A stretch of 64,000 bases of DNA from Paragordius varius (taxonomy: Eukaryota; Animalia; Nematomorpha): contig OZ176050.1 of the NCBI GenBank assembly GCA_964247055.1, positions 3,844,001 to 3,908,000 of the forward strand, written 5' to 3'. Below, piece after piece: positions 25,917 through 39,429 of this stretch. A model generated the notes under the pieces. The model had not been told where the DNA came from and made no database searches. It saw only the letters and a program-made list of their open reading frames with translations. The translations under genes were made by a program, and so were the position numbers. Position 1 is the first letter of the stretch; every line of letters begins with the position of its first letter.

Positions 25917-26320
25917 TTTTTAATTTATTCAATTTAAATTCAAATGTTATATGTTTTTATGAACTAATAACCAAACATTTGGATTAATTGATTTTTATTT
26001 GATGTTCAAGAAAAATTTAATATGACCATAAAACAATTATGTATTAAATGCAAGAGCTAGGCCATTTAATAGTGAAATTTTATAATTTGCTAACTTAACT
26101 ATAAAACCTTCTATCTTTTTATTTTTAGATCAAATGCCCTTAGGGTGTTTTTTGTCCAAGTCAATAAATTTTTTACCAAATTATAACAATTAAACATTAT
26201 CCGGTTCTTAGCTATTGTCTAAAGCATACTACGAAAACAAACTACAACGCACCTGTTATAATAAATAATTATCAAAATTGTCACATGTAAACCAAAGTAT
26301 TTAAGCCAACTAATTTTTAA

Positions 26321-26815
26321 TCATTACCTTTTTACTTTTTTGTCCTAAAAACTTCGGGGTAGTTTTTATCTCAGAACTCAATTTTGAAAATAAACTACAG
26401 TTTTTTTAGTTGGAATTTAATTATTAAATATAGTTCTCATGTATACATAAAAAAGCTTATATATTTTACAGTTTTTGACTTCTAGAGTCTAAAAGTAAAA
26501 TAGGCCCAGAGCAGGATTTAACCAAACAGCTGATTTTATTAAATATATCAAGTTTTTGATGGTAAATGAAGTCTAAAATCTTTTTAAAGTTAATCATTTA
26601 CATTAACTATAATATACATTTATTTTCTGTTTCAGCAATTTTTAACGACAAAAAGGTTTGAAATGGGATTTTACTTACAATATATTTTTTTAAAAAATAT
26701 TTTTGTAATGCGCTTAAAAGACTAAAGAAAGTATATTTTTAACTTGAAAGCTTAAATAGTTTTTACCATATTTAAACGCTCTGGGATATAAAACTCCCCA
26801 AAAGGTAATGGAGTA
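26321..26815 (+). mobile_element. Diverged member of piggyBac-like MITE family 2
   Basis: Internal similarity to 21222-21741, TTAA flanks and CATTACCTTTT inverted ends. Confidence 0.5.
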
Positions 26816-27382
26816 TTAATTATGTTTTAAAATATTGAGAATCAATATTTGGCGGTTATGGAGGTTTTGTTACAATTTTTTACAATGTAAAAAATATTAT
26901 ATAAAGGGCAAGAATGCATGTTTTAAATTTACCGCAACATAAAAGGTTTTTCCAAATTTATGTATTTAATATTTCTCTGAAATAATTTAAAAATGAAATA
27001 TTTGCATCTACCAAAAATGGATAACGGCACTACAGTATTTTAAATCAAAAATCTATGCTCTAACTGCATTAGTATCTTTTAAGACAATTTTCTCAAAAAC
27101 AAAATTTAAAATATAAAATATCCCAAACTTTTTCTCAACAAATGATACAATATTTTAAAAATATATACATATAAAATTTTGGAATACCGATAAAATGGAT
27201 ATTATAAAAATATTGTGATATCAGAGCTTTTTGTTTTGATACCTAATATTCAAGAAAGATATTTGACTTTTGTGCTAATTGCTTCATATGGTATGGCTAA
27301 AATTAATATGATCACACATTTACTAAAAAAAAATTGCTAAAGCTAGTTCATCATTCCAAGAAAATATCCATAAAATATTTAG

Positions 27383-28482
27383 AGTCATGTAGACTTTATT
27401 TTATTAAAGATTTACTTTTTTTTGTTAATTGGGTATTAATATTTGGTAAAGAATATAAAAACAAGAGCTATAAATATGGTATACCACATCATATTCTTGA
27501 AAAAAGTAAAAGAAGTGTGGGGGAAGGGCGTCAGAAATCTTTCGTAAAAAATGAAAATCTTAAATATTGTTTAAAGAGGAATGGTAATATTTTTGTTAAT
27601 TTTTTGCAAAATTTTATATATTAATTTTTTTTGATAAAATTTTTATTTAACACCTAGATTCGAATTGGGGTATCTAAATATAAGCCAAACTAAATTTGAG
27701 TTAGGATTTTTAAAAAACTAGTGGAAGAAACGGTCCCAATTTAAATTTATGCTTCTTTCCTAATAAAAATTATATAAATATGCCAAAATATCTAAATAAA
27801 ATTTTGTTTTGAAAAAAAGTTCCATGTCAAACAACTTCGACGCCATTTTTATTTTACAAAATATTTGCAAAATGTGGTCTTCATTTAGTGCTAAGGGTAA
27901 AATTAAAGATAATTTTCCATTTAAATCACATCTAACCTTGATAGAAATAGAAGAAATGATTTATTTTGTTATTCTTTTTCAATTATTGCACATGTCACGT
28001 TAATTTTTACCTTTTGGTTTTAGCTTAAAAATGAATGTGTTGTATCCAAGTGTTAAACAAAACAAATTAACCTCTCAAATATAGATTTTTGTTTATAGGT
28101 AAAAAAATATTTATTATAATTTATTTAATAAGATATCACATCCTAATGAAATTGGATCAAATTGATTATTTAATATAGCATCTATCGTGAACATTCCTTT
28201 TAAAATCGTCCCCATATCAAAACAAAAAAAATTATAATTGAGATAAAAATTACGATTTTCCTATCCCTTTTATATAATAATTTTAAGTGAAGGGTTAGTA
28301 GTTAGTGTATTTTCATTTTTTACCAAAGATTTCCGACGCCCTTTCCCCACACTTCTTTTACTTTTTTTCAAGAATATGATATGGTAATACCATATTGCTC
28401 TTGTTTTTATATTCTTTACCAAATATTAATACCCAATTAACGAAAAAAAGTAAATCTTTAATAAAATAAAGTCTACATGACT
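27383..28482. repeat. Long inverted repeat (arms 27383-27558 and 28309-28482) enclosing a family-1 MITE
   Basis: The ~175-bp arms are near-identical reverse complements (GTGTGGGGGAAGGGCGTCAGAAATCTT vs AAGATTTCCGACGCCCTTTCCCCACAC). Confidence 0.85.
27651..28052 (+). mobile_element. piggyBac-like MITE family 1, internally deleted (402 bp)
   Basis: TTAA|CACCTAGATTCGAATTGGGGTATC ... GTATCCAAGTG|TTAA. Confidence 0.75.
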
Positions 28483-29307
28483 GTAATACGCCATATCTAA
28501 AACCAAGCAGTATTTATAATTAAAATTATAGTTTGGGCTTCAAAACACTCTGATTTTTAAACCGATTAATAAGGTAATTCATTAAAATAAAAGTAAAATA
28601 GTTTATGGCACTAATATTATTTCTAAATAGGAAAATTTTGATGAACCGTATTTTATGGTTTTTAAAGCATAGTGAAAACGGTAAAAATATCCTTTGAAAA
28701 ATTATTAAAACACTTTATGATTTAATTATGAAGTTTTTCTATCACTACAAAATTAAAATCATAATAACAGTTGTAAAATCCGTATTATAATGATAATCGA
28801 AAATTAAATAGAAAATTAATTGAAAGATGATTATTAATAGAAATTATAAAAGATCTGTGAAACCCTTTCGTCAATAGTAATCGTAGACTAGTTTCGTGCT
28901 TGTTAGCACTCATCAGTACGACACAACTATTTGACTTGGGGTTTTCACATATCGATTTCGTATATATATGCAACTTTGCAATTTTGGTATAAATTTTTCC
29001 ACTTACTTTAAAAAAACAAAATTATTTTAATTAAATTTGCAAAAGATCAAAATTTTCAGTTAAAGAATTTTCTCCACCTAAAAGCCATAAGCATATTTTT
29101 TAATGTTGACCTCATTAATTTGTTTGGAATATGAATTTTAAATGGCTTTAGGTTAAATACTCCAAAGGGTAATAAGTGTTTAGATACCCAAAAGATTGTG
29201 GGTTTAAAATATAGGATATTCAGGTAAAGCATATATTTAGTACATGTATATTCCGCGGTGCAAAATATAAATGATTTTTTGCAAATATATCAATTAAAAA
29301 ATTAAAA

Positions 29308-32300
29308 TCATTCTTCAGAATTTTCTTCTGGACCATTTTTTACACAATTCGGTAATCTGGTACAGTTCCATTCTTGATCCATACATATTAGCTTTAAATT
29401 GGATAAATGTGAAGTGATATTATTTGACATTAATGTATCATTCGTACGACTAAAAGTATAATTAGGTTCGCAAGAAATTGTACATGTTGCATCAAGTGGA
29501 GATGGTTTGTAAATACATTCGTTCGGTTTAACAATTGCATTGTGTGGTATATCAATTAGTGGTTCACAAACTTTTTCTAAAATATATAGGTTTATAATAA
29601 TGCATGAGAAAATAAAATAAACAAATTGTTGGAAGTTTAATTTGAATCATTTGTCGTTTTTAATCTACTGTAAACTTTATTCTAATATCCATACTTAAAA
29701 ATTAATGACAATAAGTTTATAAAGTATAGTATTAATGTATTTTTTAGGAAAAGCAACCTACTTAAGGTTACCACGATATTTTTAAATATAATAAATCAAA
29801 TGGGAATTCCTGTTCACCCATATATTTTCTGCGTCGAGAATCTTGTAGTTCAACTATCCATATAAAAATTGTTCATGCTGAAAAAATCTAATTAAATTTT
29901 TGTAAAAAGATGTCTCACCTATACACTCATTCCTTATTCCATCCCATTGTCCATACGCCATACAGGTTATCGTATTTTGCCCTAGCATATATTGCTTGTC
30001 GGGGTAAGGACATTTTAGTTCACATGTTGTACCACTAAGAAAATCAGAAGCATTTCCAGGCACCTTGCTACCATCAGGTTCATAACAATCTTTGACAATA
30101 GCGGTTGGAATGTTGGGTGATTTGCATTTTGTTCCTAAACAAAATAGACATTCACTCTTAAAAATATTATTCAAAGATCTAAAATATTTGTTTTTATACA
30201 GCACCCTAGAATCTGATATTACATATTATTAAAAATACAACTAGTCTCTTCGCTGATAATATTAAATAGCAATGTTGTATTATCCTTATGTTGTACATCT
30301 TTTAAAATTAATTAAAATTCAATAGCCATTTTATATTTAACATGTTATTTTTTATAATAATTCATAATTTGATAAGTTTATTAAATGACTTTCGCATTTA
30401 GGCAGCGTGCCGGTCCATTTTAGGTTAGTCTTTGAACATTTTCGTATAGCGTTACCAGAGATTCTTTTGAATCCCGGATCACATGCTATACCACAACTTT
30501 CTTCTACAACTCCTTTGCAAGGTATGACAAAATATGAATGGGCCAATAGTTTCATTTCATCACACCTGCGCACTAATTAATGATAATATATTCCCAATTC
30601 GGCAAAAAATATTCATGTTTTCTAAAGACTACTTATGCTTTATCAGTGTCCAACACACCTCTGGAAAGAATTTTAAATGCAAAGTTTTACGAAATCTAAG
30701 AAAAAATTATTTGTTTAACAAATTTTCTGAATATTGCCGTCGGCAAAGAACTAGCAAAAAAGGTTAAAATAAATGATTGTATTGACAGTCTTAGATCTAA
30801 AATTAAATAAATATTCGTTAATGTCCATATATTTTCCAAAAGCTGGCCGATTAATTTGATCCAATGCGGCCCGCGAAGCCATTTGTGTTGGACCCCTGCT
30901 CACCCCTGGTTTAAACTATGAAAATAATATAATTTAGAATTGAAAATTTAAATAAGAATATTAACCTTGGCATTCTCCGTGTTTTGATGTGTAATACTTT
31001 GGACAAGAACAATTATCTTTGGATATGGACCCAATCTTAGCTGTGCGTTTGTCGGGGCATTTTAAACACATATCTTTAGAGTTTCCCCAAACATCCTTGT
31101 ACGAATCCATTGGACAATCTATATTTAAATGGAAATCAATATTTGTGACTAGGATTGGGTGGCGGTCTATTTTTTTAAAATACTCTCAATTAGCTTACTT
31201 AAACCATATATAATTTGATGACTTAATATATTTAAACCTTTCCCTCTTAGTAATATTAAATAAATAAATTAATGGAAAAAAATACCAACACATGATTTAT
31301 TATTATCATCATCAATGTATTGTCCTGGAGGACAGAGGCATTTATACATTCCCGAAATTGTATCACAAAAGCATTGGGAGTGTTTATGGAGGCAACCACA
31401 TTTCATATCCGTTTTAGTGTTGTATGTACAAGTGCATAATCGATTTATCATATCATCCACTTTGGTTAATAAATGATGTTGCCAAGATTTGTCCTTACCT
31501 TCATTGAGATTTGTCATGATAGTGTCATTTTGACTTGATTCTATCCATTTGTTATCTGATTAAAAGAGGAGAATGTTTGAGACACGATCAACCACCTATA
31601 GTAAATATGTTTGTTATATTGGTGACAGAAAAGTTAGTATTATTTTAGTTATATTTTATGTTTATAGTTATTATGAATTGTAATTTGGAATTCAATAAAA
31701 ATTGATGGATTGCGCATGGAAAAACACTTTATTTATAAAACTAAATAACTTTTTAATAATTTTTAGCGGTTTCACAAACAAAATATTATTTAACAATATT
31801 TACATTTTTCAGATATATTTTGGGCTATCTTGATCAATTCGGAATAATTTCTAAACATGATATGGTGCAAGAGTTTTGGTGGACTGGCAATGTTCCATAA
31901 TTCTTTGATGTTACCGCGAATGGGGCTTAATGTAAATATTTCAACTTTGTTACGCTTAAGAAAATTAGCAAGTGGTCTAGGATCTGGTCCATTAGAAAAA
32001 CCATCCGTAATTATCAATAGAGTTTTGAATGATTTCGGTCTTGCATAATCAATGAGTTTCTAAATTTGCAAAAAGAAATAGCCTAAATTGTTTTTTATTT
32101 TTTCATTTTTTTGTCATTTGGTTTATGGGTGTAAAAAAATTAATTGTTTTATTTTGGAATCTTACATGAGCGGGAATTATAAAGTATATAAATAAATACA
32201 AAATAGGATTTACAAGCAGTGGACATCAACCGAAATTCCGTACATATCCAAAATATTTTGCGTTAAAACAAATTTGTTTGGATTTGTAAGGATTGTTGGT

Positions 32301-34340
32301 TGATATTCCACTACTTTCTAAATCCTATTTTATATAAATTATATACTTCATAATTCGCACTCATGTAAGATTCAAAAATAAAACAGTATAAATTTTTTAT
32401 ACACTCATAAACCAGATGACAAAAAAATGAAAAATAAAACCATATTTTTTGTTTTATTTTGATATATATATTTTACTGAATAAAATATGAATGTTAAGAT
32501 TTCAATAGTGAGTTCAGCTAGTAAGTATTTTAAAAAATATTTTAATATAGTTTCATAAAAAAAATTGTTTTAGTATGTTAAAAGAAAAATTTCATCTTTT
32601 GAAATGAGATTTTATAGAAACCCAACTATATGATTTCAGGCTCCTTATATATTAAATATCTCTTAAAATGATAATAAACCATAATATCTAAACTATAATT
32701 TTTTTTAATTACTCTCAATTATCCTTAATTTTAATTTTGGTTTTCTCTTAATATTTCAAAAACTAGGTCGTCAACAAATTAAAATTTTTGCGGCAAATGA
32801 ATTCGCTGGTCATAAGCTATCTCATAAAAAAATTTTTGTTAAAAATATTAACTCTGTTTTTTGGACATGGTGTAATATGTCATGCGCCGAATTTTGAGAA
32901 TAGATTGAATGAAACATTAGAATTAGATGGCCAACATTATCATTTATAAAAAACAAATAATATTAGCTATATTATTCTGCAATGCATCAATATTTTTGGC
33001 CGCTTAAAAAGGTATCAACCTTTACAAAAAACTAAATATATCTAAATATACTCATATTAAAAATTAGAACCAGAACCAAAAATTTAAATCACAAGTCATT
33101 TTGCTGTACCTGGTTCGATTTATATTTAACGGCTTTGAGAACAAATGAATCGGCTTACTTCCATTTTTTCAGTCAAAAGTTCTGTTCATTCATTATCTTA
33201 AATTTATATTATAACGACAATTAACATTTCAACCTGCAGAGATTTTATAAAACTATAATTTGTTTTATGTTTTAAATAAAATAAAAAACAAAATTAAAAA
33301 GATCAATTCTTGAATCCATTAAAAACCGCGTTACGGAAAATACGATAAACATTCAAAATGCCAATGAAGCAAATGGTTTCGGATACTTTTTTAGTAATCT
33401 CATACCAATTATTATATTTTATATTAATAAATGAGGATTCGGATATTATTAAAATATCAAATTCTACATTTATACCATTTTTATTAATTTACCATCCATT
33501 TTTTTCTAGTACAGCATCGAAACAATTAGATCAGACAATTGATTAGTTTTTTAAACCAAGTTGATTTATCAAAGATTATGAAATCATTGTCCAACCATCG
33601 TAGAAAATTAAATACTTGATAAATTGAAGTATCCTATTTAATTTATATTTATTTTAAAAAAATTGGTGCTATCAGCAGTTATAATGCGTTGGGTATTATA
33701 AACTTAAATTCTTTTATCATACTTTAGCTTCGAGCAACGCCCCAAAAGTAAATGTGCTCCCCTGAGAATGACTGATACGGCCCAAATTCTGTACCAATTG
33801 ACATTTGTTAAATAATGGAGTGGGGCGGCTTATTTGATCAAAGTAACGGAATATTTTGCCTTTAGAACCATACGTTATCAAAGTTATTCGGGTTGCGTTA
33901 ATTTCGATAGGTAATGTTACCAATAGGCTTTTGATGGCAGTAATAATTGAATGAAAATGACTACTATTCATAGAACTCGATGCATCAATTAAAATGGCAA
34001 TATCGGCATTTTTTTCATTCCTCCATAATTTTTGTATGAAATGGAACCAAACATCCACGAAAGTTTGTTGGTATTGAGTTAAATTAGCACGGTTAAATTT
34101 TTCAAAATTTGTTGATCCGTAATTTTTTGTCATTGATTTAAGTGTATGATTACGGATGCCGTTTTTATTCTTTGTACCTTTTACTATTGACGATAATAAC
34201 ACATCTCGAGGTTTCAGGGAATGTATTCTTTTAAGGATTAAACTTTTGGGCAAATAAAATATTTTAGGGTTTTGGACAAACTTTACCGCTAAAAATGTGG
34301 ATAACAGAACAATATGAGAAAGGACAAAAAATTTCTTCAT
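29308..34340 (-). CDS. SVEP1: Short SVEP1/polydom-like secreted protein (signal peptide, vWA, Cys-rich/ephrin-receptor-like repeat, 3 sushi domains), ~654 aa, 7 exons
   Basis: Exons 34340-33723, 32059-31804, 31555-31286, 31118-30966, 30572-30390, 30134-29919, 29576-29308 (1965 nt, open frame). The vWA has ILIDASSSM, ATRITLITY and ITDGFSNGPDPRP, like SVEP1 ITDGYSNGGDPRP; sushi Cys/Trp patterns follow. Confidence 0.85.
30644..30908. mobile_element. hAT-like MITE (same family as 11445-11668) in an SVEP1 intron
   Basis: Internal similarity and right end GCGAAGCCATTTGTGTTGGAC...CACCCCTG|GTTTAAAC. Confidence 0.7.
32091..32440. repeat. Foldback (near whole-length palindromic) element in SVEP1 intron 1
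   Basis: ~160-bp arms, e.g. TCTTACATGAGCGGGAATTAT vs ATAATTCGCACTCATGTAAGA, with a ~25-nt loop. Confidence 0.8.
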
Positions 34341-35259
34341 TGATGAAGTAAAAATAAATGGACCTTGATTTTCATTGTAATGATATACATGATTGTCATG
34401 GAAGAAATTTTAAAAAAATGTATTTTTAATTGATTTTTGATCAAAAGTTATTCCCATATATCAATTTATGAGAGATTAAAACATTTGTTGATCATTACAA
34501 AAAATATATTTTCTGCTAAGTGGAATAAGTACACATTAGTGAAAACTCGCACATTTTCCTTTTAATAATATGTAAAATGATACATTTTTAATCTGCTATT
34601 CAATTTAAACTTCAAAGATAGTTTATGTATGTTAAACAAAACGAGAATGAAAAAAAGTTCTCAGGGATGGTTAAAAATGTGAAGCATGCACAATCCTTAA
34701 TTTTTTAAATGTGAGTGGGAAGGGGTTTTTTAAAATAAAATATTTTTATATGATTTATTAGCAGCTAAAATGTTTATTTATAAAAACTAATTTCAATTAT
34801 TTTATTTATTAAACAATAGTTGACCTTGGGCAATTATTTGTTATTACGGTATGAAGAAAAATTAATTAATAAATATACGGATTTAAATATTGTTTAAATG
34901 ATTCATTGTTGTAATCATGAATTAAGATTTTGATTTATGTTTTGATTTGGAGATAAATAACGATGTTTTAAAATTATATGTTTATATGTTTTAATCAATC
35001 CAGCATATGCACGAACAAATTCTTTAATAAAAGTCTTGTTTTATTGCTTGGTCTTACATTTTAGATTAATGAGGACTGGATATTTTTTTAATATCTATAA
35101 ATCGAATGGAGTTTGCGTTAAAAAATTATCTGTTAATAACTTTCTAAAATAGTAAATTAGATAAGGAATTGATTAAATTATGGATTATGTGACGATAAAA
35201 ATTTTAAATTACAGTCATTTTGAAAAATCTTTACTCGTTGGGTTCATTGGTAAACTATA

Positions 35260-36394
35260 CCAGGTTTATCATGTAATTTGGAAAGGATCTCCATTATTTA
35301 TTTTTGTTCAAAATATTGTACATCGGCTTCTACACAGTTTGGTCATCTCTCAGTTAATATCTGAATGCCGTGATAAAAAACTGAGCGACTTTTGCGGCAA
35401 ACCATTCGTCAAGCCATTTTCCAATTCTTCGTAATCATTGAAGCGCTGGTCTGTGAGGTTCGGCCCCATTGATACAAAGTTATATTAGTATGGCGCCGAA
35501 TCAGGAGAGTTTAGAGGATCCGAAAGAATTTCCGATTAAAGCTATTTCAAAGGTGTCTTTCACTGGTTTTACTATGTGAGACGAAGCATATGTATCAAAA
35601 TCCCTTCATGTCATCTGATCAATTACGCGTTTTTCGATTAGTGCATGATTGAAATCATTTGTTGGCGATACCTTATGTAATCGTTTCACCAGGTTTGAAA
35701 AGTTCAATGCACAAATCGCTTAACCAGGCACAATGGTTTTCTTGCCGAATCGATTTGACATTGGTTATGGTCTGGATTGGCTAGGTAAAAGCCACGATTT
35801 CCACTATTACAATAAAGCCAATTCTTACCACCTCCATATCGATGCAAAAGTAATTTCTTCTCGGGATGTTGAAGCACGATTTTACAAGCACTTTGCCATT
35901 TTCGGTTTGACATTCTTTCGAATTGGGTAAGATGGACCTATATACCGAGTTTATTGGTCTTTAATATTGCTCGTAGACATCTATTGATTGTTTTTGTGTT
36001 TGAGCTGGGTTATCATCCCATAACCTTTGCACTTTAGCGTCCTCCTAAATGAATGGTCTATCACACTACCCACATTCTTTCAGATGATATTACCATTTTT
36101 TATATTTTGAAACCATGTTTTACATGTGTTAATCTTAGAGGTTCACCATATGCTTTTACCAGCCAACGATAACTTTCAAAAGCCATTTTCTTCTGGCGGC
36201 AAAGCGTAGCGCAATTGTATTTTTATTAGGCACAAAATTCTACATGAATACTGAATGATAAGTTTAGAACGCTACTTTTTGGCGGAGCCAATTTGTATGT
36301 ATTTATATTTAGATGTCAGATGAACGAAACAAATTAATAGCGTATTTTTCGCTGACGTTCTCTCTTAGTTCCTGTAAAAATTTATTGCACCTGG
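35260..36394 (-). mobile_element. Decayed mariner transposon, Mos1/mauritiana-like; transposase pseudogene ~36245-35298
   Basis: TA|CCAGGT...ACCTGG|TA ends. Frameshifted translation: M*NFVPNK, ESYRWLVKAYGE, TCKTWFQ, DNPAQTQKQ, LLHR, NRFGKKT, ELFKPGET, SPDSAP, DQRFNDYE, YFEQK*. Confidence 0.9.
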
Positions 36395-36751
36395 TATACT
36401 AATTTTAAACAATTAACATATCTTACGATATCAAAATGTATGATTTTATCCAAGAGTGTTTGGTTTTGGGCTAACAGATCAGTTAGATAAGTAATATATC
36501 AATTTCATAAAAATAGAAAATAAAATTTAGGGAATATTGTAATTTAATTTTTGTTTATAAAATTGAAAGTATGGACATTAATGATATTTTTTTAGTATTG
36601 TTGTACATCACAAAATTTTCCAAATTCCTTTGAAATGATATTCAATAAGACAAAAATTTAACTTAATAGCGCTGTTAACAATATAGATATTTTATTAGTT
36701 ATTCTTACATAAATGTTTATTAATATTAAGGTTTTATATTTTATAAAAATA

Positions 36752-38439
36752 CTAGTGCAAATCTCCGGCTGCTTTGCAGCCCGAGGAAGTCCTTCGGACT
36801 TCTTGGAGGGAACAAATTTTTCCCTTTAAACGCGATCTACACTACGAATTAATTTATTATGATATCATAATCATGGCGAAAAATAGCCTCAAATTGAGCG
36901 GGTTTAAGGGTATAAAGGTCTCAAGCACACCAAATTTAAACAATGTTAACAAAAAATATTAATTCTCAACGAACTTAGTATAAAAACTAAAGCAATTATT
37001 GGGTGAAACGTGCAAAAAAAGCTTAATTTTTGGAATCAGGTATATAAATAATGAAAAATACATGTATAATTTTGTTCTTATGGAGTAAAGAGGTTTGACT
37101 TACTAAGTTCCTATAAGTTCTTGGAAATATTGCTTCAAAACTAAAAAATGTTCTATAGTGGCTCATTTTTCAGGGGGTAAAACTTTACTTAGCGACTCAT
37201 TAAAATAACCCATTATACTGAAATATTTGTTTTTAAGGGGTAATAATATTTTAGGTCCTTATAGAACTCATATGGCATGTTAATTTTTCTGTCACGCTCT
37301 ATCGATATGGTAACGCAGTTGTAGGCGGGTAGCTACCTACCCAGTGGTTAATATAAAAAGGCCTTGGATAAAAAGTTTTTATTTTATAGGGGAATATCTG
37401 GAATCATCATTCATTCCTTATGTTCTTAATAGTTTTTGGAATAATGGCTCCAAAACTAAATAATTTTTCGGGGAGTAAAGGGCTTAATCAATGGCTAATT
37501 AAAAAACCGCTCGACTTAAATTTTTGCCTTTTTACGGGTGATATTTCAGGCCCTTGTAAAACATATATGGCCTGATTTCTGAAAATTCACTCCTAAACAA
37601 CGCAATTTTGATATGGTGGAGCAGTTTTAGGCGGATAGCTCCCTACCCAGAGGCTGATACAAAAAAGCGCTTGATTAAAATTTTTGCCTTTTGACGGGGA
37701 ATACCTAGAATAATGATTGATTCCATATGGTCTCATTAGTTTTTGGAAAAATTATCTCAAAAAAATCATTCTATGGTGGATCATTTTTCTGGGCGTGAAG
37801 GGCCTAATTAACGGCTAATTTCCAAAAACCGCGACCTATTATGCCTTGTTACGGGTATTCAAGCAGCTATTAAACTCATATGGCCTGATAGGCTTTCTGA
37901 AATTTAGCCCCAAAGGCACGCTATTTCGATGTGACGTAGCAGCTTTTAGCGGGTATCTTCTTACCCAGCATACAATATGAAAAAACGCAAGACTAAAATT
38001 TTAGCTTTTTAAGAGGGTATACCTGCAATCCTCATTATAATTTTTACCGTCTAATACCTTCGGCGAAAAATAGATTCAAAAATTTATTGTTGTGGACTTC
38101 TTTCTGAAAAAAATGGCATTTTACGGGGGGGTATAAAGAGTGCCTAAATTAAAAAAGCGAGCCGACTATGTTCGGCGCATAAAATAAGTAAAGAAAAATC
38201 ATATTTGAAATCGAATGGTCCAGCACGTTTTCCGGAAAATTGTCTCAAAGACACAATTTTTGTGGACTTGTGTTTTCAAAAAAACCGTTTTTTGCACGGC
38301 GTGGCCCGAAATGGGGGCCTAATTCAAAAAAGGGCGAAGCTATTGTCCGCGCATTCATTAATGATTATAATTTTTTAGATATTTGGATTTGAATCGGAAA
38401 CAGATCACAAAGCCAGCCTTTTCCATTTAAATATATAGA
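36752..38439 (-). mobile_element. Complete non-autonomous Helitron-like element with ~300-bp internal subrepeats
   Basis: Minus strand reads A|TC TATATATTT ... GGGCTGCAAAGCAGCCGGAGATTTGCA CTAG|T: TC and CTAG termini, A/T target, GC-rich subterminal hairpin-like tract, no TSD. Confidence 0.8.
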
Positions 38440-38519
38440 TTGAAAATGCAAAAAAATTTTACGCGTTAACCCAGGACATCCAAACAAAAAAGGGTAAAAT
38501 AAATTTTGATGGTTTATAT

Positions 38520-38580
38520 CCGGGGTGTCTAATATAAATGCCTTCGCGGGCCTTATTTTTAAAAACCCTGCAGGCCGCAT
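38520..38580 (+). mobile_element. Fragment of CAGGGGTGTCCAA hAT-like MITE family
   Basis: CCGGGGTGTCTAATATAAATGCCTTCGCGGGCC. Confidence 0.4.
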
Positions 38581-39429
38581 CTGATATATATAATATATAT
38601 GGGCTTTATAAATAATATATTAGATTCAAAATATAAGAATGCAAAATGGAAACGCGGTATATTATTTTTTTGTAGTGTTTACCAATTAAGTATACATATT
38701 TAGAAAAATTATCCATAAAATATCATTTTTTTTAAGATATTGTGAGCATATTTTTGCAAATCAATCCGAATTTTTTGCGAGCCGCATACAGTCCGAGTGC
38801 TACAAACACTTGGTTTATATGTAAACTTGGCTATAAGGTGTTTAATTTTCGGCTTTTGATGATATAACTTATGTGCAAAGCTTAAGATAATAAAAAATAG
38901 GAAAGATCAATGATTTTTAAGTTGAACTTAGATAAAAAATATGATATCCTAACAACTCTAAAATTTGTGCAATTTCAAGAATTGAGTATTGGTAACAACT
39001 GTTAAAAATAAAAATTAATCGAAATAAAAAAACGAAAAGGTAGTATCTTACCGTCCCTGTTATTCTAATATTAAATATATAACGTTTGATATGAAGTCTA
39101 TCATAATATAATTAATACTATAGTATTTTAATGGTCATTCCAAGCTTATTAGTTTGGGCTTGTCGTGCAATGCGATTATATCCATTACTCAATGTATCAG
39201 AAAACTATATGGGTCATGCCATAAACGATTGAAATGATGAGATTGGAAAATTTTGGGCTACATTTTTAGTGGCCAAAGAAATTAAAAAAGACGCAGGATG
39301 CTTTTCATTTCCGTAATAATTTTATAATTATAAATAATTTACCATAGATTATCATTTTTTTTATATATAATTTAGCTACAAAAATATAAATATATTGCAC
39401 AATAAATGCTGAACCAATAATTTAAAAAA

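Noticed and set aside
28785-28973. Minus-strand ORF as a downstream SVEP1 exon
   Set aside because: No HYR, EGF or sushi pattern and no convincing phase-compatible splice.
35180-35930. ORFs 35180-35434, 35704-35913 and 35733-35930 as genes
   Set aside because: They are fragments or antisense frames of the decayed mariner.
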